A stretch of 52,733 nt of DNA from a virus (taxonomy: Duplodnaviria; Caudoviricetes). The stretch is from positions 1-52,733 of IMG/VR virus record IMGVR_UViG_3300025418_000293, one strand, 5' to 3'. This document shows, one piece after another, positions 1 to 7,247 of the stretch (positions are counted from its first letter, which is position 1; every line of letters begins with the position of its first letter). The position numbers and the translations under genes are program-made. The notes under the pieces were generated by a model. It was given only the letters and a program-made list of their open reading frames with translations, made no database searches and had not been told where the DNA came from.

Positions 1-61
1 ACTTAGTACCACCGCTATGGAAAGGGTGGCCATGATGGGCAATTTTATCGTGATGTTTCAT
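1..61 (-). CDS. Partial His-rich small late protein (N-terminus only; runs off the window)
   Basis: ATG at 61 preceded by AAGGA; reads MKHHDKIAHHGHPFHSGGTK. Confidence 0.6.
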   Translation of the reverse strand, partial: MKHHDKIAHHGHPFHSGGTK

Positions 62-74
62 GATAGATCCTTAA

Positions 75-596
75 TTAACAGGCTTTTCCGCCACGTTTCA
101 TACCCAAGGGCTTAGCTGCACCCATTTTAGGTTCCATACCTTTAGTATGACCTTTCTTTTGGACGCCATGCTCACCGTGTTTGAGCTTACCGCCCATTTC
201 AGCTTTGCCCATCTTAGCAGTAGTAATACCGCTTTTCTCAGCAATGCCGTGCTTACCAGTGGTCATGCCACCAGAAGCCATTTTTTTAACGTGGCCGCCG
301 TGTTTCATCGCCTCTTTCAAGTGATGATGAGCCATTTTCATATGATGCGAGTGCATTTCGTGTTTTTCCATGATTCCACCTTTTTTCATTAAAGCCATTT
401 TGCCGTGTTTGGTCTCAGGCTTGTTGACACGTTGAAGATCAGCTCTGTCACCAGAGCCCTTACCAAATTTCAGCCCCTTGCTGGCCTCGCTGAAATCCTG
501 TCCAACAGACTGGGGAACCCCAACCTGTTTTGCGAATGCAGGGTTATGAGCCACCGCATCCATAAAATTTTTCTGTTTCAAACTAACTGCTGGCAT
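75..596 (-). CDS. Basic Lys/Met/Gly/His-rich phage late protein
   Basis: 173-aa ORF with GGAG RBS, overlapping the upstream gene; repeated MKxGG motifs; His/Met-rich tract. Confidence 0.8.
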   Translation of the reverse strand: MPAVSLKQKNFMDAVAHNPAFAKQVGVPQSVGQDFSEASKGLKFGKGSGDRADLQRVNKPETKHGKMALMKKGGIMEKHEMHSHHMKMAHHHLKEAMKHGGHVKKMASGGMTTGKHGIAEKSGITTAKMGKAEMGGKLKHGEHGVQKKGHTKGMEPKMGAAKPLGMKRGGKAC

Positions 597-828
597 GTTG
601 ATTCTCCATCAGTCTGTCAATCTTTGCTTCCAGCCTGTCTAACCGATCCAGCACTCTGTTGATATCGGCATGGACTTCTGCTTTTGTCACATACTCTTTG
701 GCCATCTCTTCCCGTGTCCGGTTTACCAAAATAGTTACGCGTTGCAATTCTGCTGATTTCTCTCTCAACACCCAGCCTAAAAGCGCGACAAGTAAGGAGA
801 GAACTGCATTCCATACTGGTGTGTCCAT
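583..828 (-). CDS. Small membrane-anchored coiled-coil protein
   Basis: Likely start MDTPVWNAVLSLLVALLGWVL (one hydrophobic helix) coupled to the upstream stop (TGATG); heptad-like C-terminus. Confidence 0.75.
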   Translation of the reverse strand: MDTPVWNAVLSLLVALLGWVLREKSAELQRVTILVNRTREEMAKEYVTKAEVHADINRVLDRLDRLEAKIDRLMENQHASS

Positions 829-1118
829 CAGACATTCTTTCCTTTGGTCAACCCACGCACAGCGCAACCATCAGCACATTTCCATACACGCAAGCTTTTG
901 TTAATCCGGCTGTTTGGGTCGTGGGCAGTTTTTGAGGAAGTTAATTTCTTCTTCATGCCCTCCATCCGAGCACAAAAACTTTTCTTCCTTGATCCGCCCT
1001 CGGGTTGGGGAGCTTTTAAATTCATCCCCTCCTTCTTTGCCGAAGCACGACCCTTGGCGTTTAGACCACCATTCGGATTCTTCCCTTCTTTGCGCTGCCA
1101 TGCTGGTGACTTAGCCAT
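828..1118 (-). CDS. Small basic conserved phage protein (DUF6321-like)
   Basis: AWQRKEGKNPNGGLNAKGR and RKKSFCARM...SRINKSLRVWKC match a motif I recall from aquatic phages; family name from memory. Confidence 0.7.
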   Translation of the reverse strand: MAKSPAWQRKEGKNPNGGLNAKGRASAKKEGMNLKAPQPEGGSRKKSFCARMEGMKKKLTSSKTAHDPNSRINKSLRVWKCADGCAVRGLTKGKNV

Positions 1119-1120
1119 GA

Positions 1121-1894
1121 TTAGGTGTTCCCAGAATCTACGTTAAAGATCTGATAACCTTCAACCACAATACCAGCAGCTACGGTTCCTGTACTTGCTT
1201 TCAATTGCCATTGAATATCAGTCCTTGGGCCAAACTTGAATGGGATTGTTTTGGTCACAATGAAGTTATTGATGAATGGCTCTTGCAAAACACTTAATTG
1301 AACACCGGTTGCATTGTTGTACGCCACAGCTTGATAAGTCAAAGTTGTAGACGATGTGTATGCGTTATTGGTGTTGATGGTGATTTGCGTAAAGTCATAT
1401 TCTGAGTTGTTGGGCACAGAATAAACAGCCATTTGACTTTTGCCAATACCTGCATTGATATAAGCGTACACACTGCTATTTGAAGCAGTGGCGGTGATCT
1501 GGCCTACGTTTGTTTTTTGACCAGAACCGGGAGTGGTTAGTGTCAATCCATTGATGCGTAAATACTTGCCAACGGTTGTACCACTTGGTGTTGAAGTTGT
1601 CATAAGCACTTGCTCAGACAATACGTTGTAGTTTGCGTCCAGTCCAGTCACCAACACCACTGCATTTTGATCTGATGCAGAAGCGCTAGCAATTGTGAAT
1701 GTGGAAGCAGTTGTTAGGTATGCAGGATATGCAGAAGTTACTTCCCAAATTGGGATAAAACTTGTACCGATAGAGGGCTGGTAACCAAAAATGTTAACGC
1801 CACTATGAAACCCAATTTGCCCACGGGCAACTTGCAACTCAAAAGGCTCATACCTTCCTTGTTGCGTAATCGATTTAGCCTTTGGTGTAGCCAT
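1121..1894 (-). CDS. Putative virion structural protein (beta-rich)
   Basis: 257 aa, Thr/Ser/Gly-rich, strong AAGGAG RBS, in the structural operon. Confidence 0.7.
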   Translation of the reverse strand: MATPKAKSITQQGRYEPFELQVARGQIGFHSGVNIFGYQPSIGTSFIPIWEVTSAYPAYLTTASTFTIASASASDQNAVVLVTGLDANYNVLSEQVLMTTSTPSGTTVGKYLRINGLTLTTPGSGQKTNVGQITATASNSSVYAYINAGIGKSQMAVYSVPNNSEYDFTQITINTNNAYTSSTTLTYQAVAYNNATGVQLSVLQEPFINNFIVTKTIPFKFGPRTDIQWQLKASTGTVAAGIVVEGYQIFNVDSGNT

Positions 1895-1915
1895 GAATAA
1901 TCTCCTTAAAGGTTA

Positions 1916-1937
1916 AAGATAGGGGCCGAAGCCCCTA
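1916..1937 (-). terminator. Probable intrinsic terminator or stabilising hairpin
   Basis: TAGGGGC-TTCG-GCCCCTA followed by TCTTT on the minus strand, just after the stop at 1942. Confidence 0.65.
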
Positions 1938-1941
1938 GAGA

Positions 1942-2640
1942 TTAATCAAAGTTACCGTAAGGGTAAGTTGTGGTTGTACCGATGTTTCCGTCAGCCTGTG
2001 TATAACGCACAGTCAAGTACAAAGTACCAGTCGTAGGAGCAGGAGTACCTGTACCTGTAATCACCAAAGTCATCACAACTTGTGAGAATGTAGCTGGCTC
2101 AATTGTACCTGTGGGGTTAGTAAAGTCAGCGGTAGTTGCTTGGATGTTGGTCAACTGTGTACCAGTAAAGGTTGTAGAGTAACGACCTGCCACCAACACG
2201 TTTGTTGTAGCAGTCAAAGTTACTGAACCGTACTGAGTACCGTTGAATTGATTACCAATGTTTACCACGCCAGCAGTGATTGTAGAACCACCTGTAATAC
2301 CTGTACCGATATCAACTAAAAAGTCGTTGATCTGTGAACCTGTGGGCAAATAAAACACTGCGCCACGATACACAGTGGTAGCGGCATCAGCAGTGATTGT
2401 TGCGGCTGTAGGAGGATATACAGAACTAGAGTTTGTATAAACAACAGCGTTTACGTTAGGAATCAAATTACCATTGACAAACTGACCATTACCACCAGGG
2501 TAACCAGCAGTACCATTTCCGCCAGTATTGGCGAAGTTCATGTCAATGTTTTGAGCGAGGTCGGTATAACCTACGTTACGAATTGGGCCAAAGCGTTGAT
2601 CGCCCGATAGGATTGGGCCAGAGAATGTGGAACGAGCCAT
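1942..2640 (-). CDS. Putative virion structural or capsid-associated protein
   Basis: 232 aa starting MARSTFSGPILSG, Thr/Gly-rich, downstream of the capsid gene, AAGGA RBS. Confidence 0.75.
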   Translation of the reverse strand: MARSTFSGPILSGDQRFGPIRNVGYTDLAQNIDMNFANTGGNGTAGYPGGNGQFVNGNLIPNVNAVVYTNSSSVYPPTAATITADAATTVYRGAVFYLPTGSQINDFLVDIGTGITGGSTITAGVVNIGNQFNGTQYGSVTLTATTNVLVAGRYSTTFTGTQLTNIQATTADFTNPTGTIEPATFSQVVMTLVITGTGTPAPTTGTLYLTVRYTQADGNIGTTTTYPYGNFD

Positions 2641-2644
2641 GATA

Positions 2645-2725
2645 ATTCCTTATGCAAAAGTCTCTTGTTAATCGTTGCATCGTGACCCCTGGGCGGGCTG
2701 GCAACAAGAGAAAAATCCCAGACAA
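2645..2725 (-). ncRNA. Structured leader RNA with three interleaved helices (candidate Mu-gpT-DE-like element)
   Basis: Pairings 2721-2717/2693-2689, 2711-2703/2669-2661 and 2680-2675/2657-2652; downstream of a Mu-gpT-like capsid gene. Confidence 0.55.
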
Positions 2726-2730
2726 GTGGC

Positions 2731-2758
2731 AATATACACTATTCTTTGGGTGTGTCAA
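2731..2758 (-). promoter_or_regulatory. Sigma70-like promoter overlapping the HNH 3' end
   Basis: TTGACA (2758-2753), 16-nt spacer, TATATT (2736-2731). Confidence 0.6.
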
Positions 2759-3329
2759 GAAGTTTATTGGACTTTTTTAAGTTTTCTTCCTGAGTGATTA
2801 CACGGAGATTCCAAGGCACATGAAGGCCACAAACATCTTCACCCCGCAAAGGAATAATATGGTCAACGACATATTGTTCCCCAGTTGTTTTAGACATGGT
2901 TATGGCAATTTTATAAAGCTCACGAATTTCTGCTTTTTCTTTTTTGGTCAACCATTTGGGTGTAGCATTTCTATGTTTACGTCTGCGTGCTTTTGTATCG
3001 GCTCGTACCCATGTTGTATTACGTTCCTTCCACGCTTTTTGATACACACGTTTAACTTCTATTGGCCGTGTTTTTGCGGCGTCAATTACTTGCTCTTTGT
3101 GTTCTACATACCATTCATTCTTTTTGTCTTTCACATCTTCACGCTGGTTATATTGCCTAAAGTATTCTGCGCGAGTTTCATTTCCTTTAGCCCATTCAAC
3201 CTTTAAACATTCAACACACGCTCCTTTGGTTTTGCGTAATGCTATGTGCCCATGTTTGCAAGGTATTCCTGTAAAGTAGTGAGTTGCACCTATACGTTTA
3301 GCTTCTTCTCTTGTTGTTGGGTATTCCAT
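2739..3329 (-). CDS. Free-standing HNH homing endonuclease
   Basis: C-terminal [33 protein letters not shown] HNH motif; N-terminal [11 protein letters not shown]...CVEC zinc motif. Confidence 0.9.
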   Translation of the reverse strand: [196 protein letters not shown]

Positions 3330-3377
3330 TTATTACTCCTGTGACTTAGTTACAGGTAATAATAGCATAAGTTTTAG

Positions 3378-3405
3378 AAAAAGAAAAGGGGCCTCAAAAG
3401 GCCCC
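3378..3405 (-). terminator. Intrinsic terminator after the major capsid gene
   Basis: GGGGCCT-TTTG-AGGCCCC followed by TTTTCTTTTT on the minus strand. Confidence 0.8.
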
Positions 3406-3430
3406 AAAAAGTATTAAAAGTAATACTTTA

Positions 3431-4342
3431 TTAGAAAGAACCTGAAGAACCCCAGATTCCAAGTGGATCAGACCATCCAAAAGAGTAACGCTCGCGAGCT
3501 TTATAACGTACGTTACCTGTATCGAAGTCTCCATCCATTGACTGGCTCAAAGGTGTGCGCTCAAAGTGCTTCATACCATTTGGAACGTCAGTGGTTAGGA
3601 ACCAAGCGTTGGGATCTGTCAAGAAGTGATTGACAGTGTAGCCCTCTGGGATTGCGCCCATTTGCTTGATTGCATTGATATCGTTATTTGTGGTAGCGAC
3701 ACGAAGTTCGGTATCCAACAAACGTTTTGCAACGAACATCAATGATGGAGGAATGATCATCTTCTTGGGTCTAGCAGCGATCAAGAGGCCACGCTCGTCT
3801 GTCCAAGCAGCGATCTGAATAACGGCGGCTTCCAAAGAAGTCTCGTTCAAATCAACTTGGGTTGTAGGAGTGTTGGCATTAGTGCCACCGTTCACCAATG
3901 GGTGAGCAGAGTTAAACAAAGAGACACCATCACCACCAATATAGCTAGAGTTGAAGCCGTTGTTAACAACAGCAGCAGCTTTCACTTGTTTGGTGTAAGC
4001 CATACCGCGAGCAAGAGCTTTGGTGTAACGGCCAGACAAGCTGTCGTACAAGTTATCTTCAATCGCCTCTTCGGTGATTGAAAAACCCAAAGCAATGGTT
4101 TCGTGGTTATAGCGAGTTGTCCATGCTTCTTGAGCATTGTCATAAGCGATGGCTGTGCCCTCGTTTTTGACTGGTGCTGCTGAGAAGCCAGACAATTTAG
4201 TCTCTTCCTCGAACGAACGCTCAGAGGTCTCTGTTTCGTAGATCTCTTTGTGTTCTTCACCATAACGTGCATACTCTAAACCGAACAAAGCGTTCAAGCC
4301 TGGGAGCAGCTCTTTCAATAGTTGTGCGCGTGAAATAGCCAT
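3431..4342 (-). CDS. Major capsid protein (Mu gpT-like family)
   Basis: MAISRAQLLKELLPGLNALFG start; GGDGVSLFNSAHP and RYKARERYSFGWSDPLGIWGS motifs; follows scaffold; followed by a terminator. Confidence 0.92.
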   Translation of the reverse strand: MAISRAQLLKELLPGLNALFGLEYARYGEEHKEIYETETSERSFEEETKLSGFSAAPVKNEGTAIAYDNAQEAWTTRYNHETIALGFSITEEAIEDNLYDSLSGRYTKALARGMAYTKQVKAAAVVNNGFNSSYIGGDGVSLFNSAHPLVNGGTNANTPTTQVDLNETSLEAAVIQIAAWTDERGLLIAARPKKMIIPPSLMFVAKRLLDTELRVATTNNDINAIKQMGAIPEGYTVNHFLTDPNAWFLTTDVPNGMKHFERTPLSQSMDGDFDTGNVRYKARERYSFGWSDPLGIWGSSGSF

Positions 4343-4357
4343 TTGTTAGCTCCTTAA

Positions 4358-5218
4358 TTAAACGCCAGTAGCATTGAAGTAACTGTGGAAACCAAAGTTC
4401 CAAGTCACCAATACTTCGGGATAGCCAGTGAATGTAAACGCAGTAGCGGTAGACTGAGCAGTAGAAACTGCGCGGTTAATCGTCACTGTTGTACCGTTTA
4501 CGGTGGTAACGTAGGTATTTGAACCTGCGTTAATGCCTGGGCCAGAAATAACCATACCTGGGTAGATTGCACTGTTAGATGCAGACAATGTGATTGTCGT
4601 AGAGCTAGAAGTAGCATTCTGAACCACGCTGATTGCTGTGTCAGGCACAACACCCACGCAACGGAAGGGAGCACCGCCAGTTGCAGGAGTAACAGATGAA
4701 GTGGTTGTAGCAGAAGCTGACAACGCAACACCACCTAGTGAGTCACCAGTAGTAGTGCTTCCGCCTGGGCCTGAGTAGAACATATTAGCGCCAACATATG
4801 CTGGGTTAGCGTATAGAACCGTTTGGCTTTGTGCAGAACCGCCGTTAACAACGACAGCTTTGAACACAGCTTGAGGATCATCCACAACGTAAGCAATAGC
4901 ATCGGGAGCAGTTGTGCTAGCTTGCCAATATTGGAAACGGTTTTTGCCGTAAATTGGGCCGCCAGTAGTAGAGTACTCACAACCAACAAACACACCAATA
5001 GTTCCAGCTTGGGCTGAAGTAGAGTTGTATGCAAGTTGTGTAGGTGTAACACAGCCAATATTATTGCCTGTGCCAATATCAACAACGTCACCGTTGAAGA
5101 TTGAAGTGCTATAACCATTTAAGATGGGGAACATGCGGGTTGAACCAGCATATACTCGGCCACCAATCAGGTTATACGGTTTCAGCCCGTAAGGGGCTGG
5201 AATAAGCGGATAAGCCAT
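4358..5218 (-). CDS. Putative capsid decoration or stabilising protein
   Basis: APYGLKP, IFNGDVV, GVFVGCEY and VVDDP motifs; immediately upstream of the capsid gene. Confidence 0.7.
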   Translation of the reverse strand: MAYPLIPAPYGLKPYNLIGGRVYAGSTRMFPILNGYSTSIFNGDVVDIGTGNNIGCVTPTQLAYNSTSAQAGTIGVFVGCEYSTTGGPIYGKNRFQYWQASTTAPDAIAYVVDDPQAVFKAVVVNGGSAQSQTVLYANPAYVGANMFYSGPGGSTTTGDSLGGVALSASATTTSSVTPATGGAPFRCVGVVPDTAISVVQNATSSSTTITLSASNSAIYPGMVISGPGINAGSNTYVTTVNGTTVTINRAVSTAQSTATAFTFTGYPEVLVTWNFGFHSYFNATGV

Positions 5219-5234
5219 GTTGTTTCCTTAAAAT

Positions 5235-5684
5235 TTAAGAACCAGAACCAAAACTAACCCTGCTTTCTCTCTGTCTAAAGAGAGGCATGCGAGGATCACT
5301 TTCGCGCATGAATTGATTGTCGACTGAATCCACCTGTGCTTGGTTTTGTTTGCCGTAGTATTCGGCGCGCTGAACCAAAAACTCAGTAGGAATTCTGCAC
5401 AACAACAATCCGCCAATCTCAATATTGCCTTTGAATTGGCCGTCTTGAGTGGCATGTACCATCATCTCAGGATACTCTTCTGCTTTGCAGGGTTCATATC
5501 CTTCGCGCAATTTAGAAGAAATATTAGCGGGATCGGATTGACCCATCATACTAATACGGATATAACGATGCTTCCAACCTGGACGCTCATCGGGCATTGG
5601 GAGAGTCTCGGGGGCGCGCCACTGTTGTGGGCGTTGTGTTGTTGCACGAGTCTCTAATTCGCGAGCCATTCTATTTTGTGACAT
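5235..5684 (-). CDS. Conserved head-module protein
   Basis: 149 aa with RYIRIS...KLREGYEP...GGLLLCRIP; lies between scaffold and capsid genes. Confidence 0.75.
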   Translation of the reverse strand: MSQNRMARELETRATTQRPQQWRAPETLPMPDERPGWKHRYIRISMMGQSDPANISSKLREGYEPCKAEEYPEMMVHATQDGQFKGNIEIGGLLLCRIPTEFLVQRAEYYGKQNQAQVDSVDNQFMRESDPRMPLFRQRESRVSFGSGS

Positions 5685-5685
5685 G

Positions 5686-6648
5686 TTATTTCCTCATTTC
5701 TTCTGCTACTTTACGAGCATAGAGTTCCAATGGAACACCTAGCTTCTTTGCTAATTGAACCTGTGTTGCATTAAGCACGATTTTCTTGGGTGCAGTGCTA
5801 CGCGTCGCAGGGGCAACTACATTTGCTTTTTGGCGCTGAGATTCAGGTGCATCAGCGGATTCCACAGCAGCAAATTTTTCTGGGAATACTTGACGAAGCC
5901 TACTGTTGAGCCTTGTGTAGTACTCATCAGAATTGGGATCGATTCCGTCTTCTATGACCATTTTTTCGTGCAACGTAAGCGCATAGCCAGTCATCTCTCG
6001 GTCTTTCCCATACCATGGGTTGGATTGAAACCAACGTTCTGCTTTGGGGTCAACCTTCGGCGCTTGCGTGAGTTGAGTAGTTTGTACTACGTTCTTGTCG
6101 TCTTGTAAAGGGGTATGCTTAAAATTATTAACTTTATCAGCACGGATTGTTGCTGCAGTGAGATCTTTCTGCGCTTTGATCATGGCATCAGGGTCACCCG
6201 ACTCATAAGCTGCGCGGTATGATCTCTCTGCGGCTTCCACTTCACTCAGAACAACTCTTTTAGCTTGCTCAAGTAATACTTCTTGATTAGTATTAAGCGA
6301 ACCTTTGAGCTTTTTGTTTTCTTCAACAACAGCTTGCGCTAGTCGAAGAGCTTCTTCTTTTTCACGGAACGCGGCCTCTTTGGCGCGACGCTCGTCGTGG
6401 TATCCCTTGCCCAACTTGGCTAGTCTATCCTTCAGACGTTTGTCTGTGTATTTTTCTAGCTCATCGTCGGTAACATCAGCAGGGGGCTCAGCCATGGGCG
6501 TGATATTTCTATCATCCTCTGGCGTATCATCCACCACCTCAATCTCGGGTTTGTCTTCTTCAGCGGCAACAACTTTGCCACCTTTGCGAGACTGTTTATC
6601 TTCCACCTCGTCTGGAAACTCGAATTCAACTTTTTCAAAATCAGCCAT
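5686..6648 (-). CDS. Capsid scaffolding protein
   Basis: Acidic N-terminus, long coiled coil, C-terminal QVQLAKKLGVPLELYAR helix; position upstream of capsid gene. Confidence 0.75.
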   Translation of the reverse strand: MADFEKVEFEFPDEVEDKQSRKGGKVVAAEEDKPEIEVVDDTPEDDRNITPMAEPPADVTDDELEKYTDKRLKDRLAKLGKGYHDERRAKEAAFREKEEALRLAQAVVEENKKLKGSLNTNQEVLLEQAKRVVLSEVEAAERSYRAAYESGDPDAMIKAQKDLTAATIRADKVNNFKHTPLQDDKNVVQTTQLTQAPKVDPKAERWFQSNPWYGKDREMTGYALTLHEKMVIEDGIDPNSDEYYTRLNSRLRQVFPEKFAAVESADAPESQRQKANVVAPATRSTAPKKIVLNATQVQLAKKLGVPLELYARKVAEEMRK

Positions 6649-6658
6649 GGTCTACTCC

Positions 6659-7063
6659 TTATGTTGCGCGGGAAATGCCACGGGGATCTTGAACCACAGC
6701 TTCAACAGAGTCATCATTGATGATCCTGAATTCTTTACCGTGAATCTTTAATCTTGTGCCCGTGTTGGGTCTAACAATCACAAAGTCCCCGACCTTACAA
6801 GAAGGCCCACTGGGAAAACGTGTTGCATCTTTATAGGCATCAGGGCCTAGTTTCACAACAAATAGTACTGGAGACAGCACTTCTTCATAGTGAATAGTTG
6901 TGCCTGACTTAATCAACCCACTCTCATATTTTTCATCAATCTCTGGTAAGACTGTGAGAATCTGAAAACGCACAGGATCAGGCAATTGTTTTGCCTTCTC
7001 ATCAGCCGTTGCGGGAAGTACAGTCGCGGTGGCACCGTCTTGGCTTACGAGTAGTTCACTCAT
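6659..7063 (-). CDS. groES: GroES-like co-chaperonin
   Basis: LPDPVRFQIL, ESGLI, VVKLGPDAY, CKVGDFV and GKEFRIINDDSVEAVV match the Cpn10 pattern. Confidence 0.85.
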   Translation of the reverse strand: MSELLVSQDGATATVLPATADEKAKQLPDPVRFQILTVLPEIDEKYESGLIKSGTTIHYEEVLSPVLFVVKLGPDAYKDATRFPSGPSCKVGDFVIVRPNTGTRLKIHGKEFRIINDDSVEAVVQDPRGISRAT

Positions 7064-7247
7064 TATTTTCCTTCTTTACTTTTTCTTCGAGGTCTTCAAG
7101 GTGGGAGTTGGCTCGGCTAAGACCCCGAATAAATCCGACCAACTCACGATACTCTGCCCAATCTTTGGCCCCGCCACTCACTAGCGGTTTCATGGCCATG
7201 TCGATTAAATCTTGGTTCTGCTTTTTTAAATACTCAATCTCTGTCAT
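7056..7247 (-). CDS. Small conserved helical protein
   Basis: 63 aa, GGAKDWAEYRELVGFIRGL; overlaps both neighbours. Confidence 0.75.
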   Translation of the reverse strand: MTEIEYLKKQNQDLIDMAMKPLVSGGAKDWAEYRELVGFIRGLSRANSHLEDLEEKVKKENNE

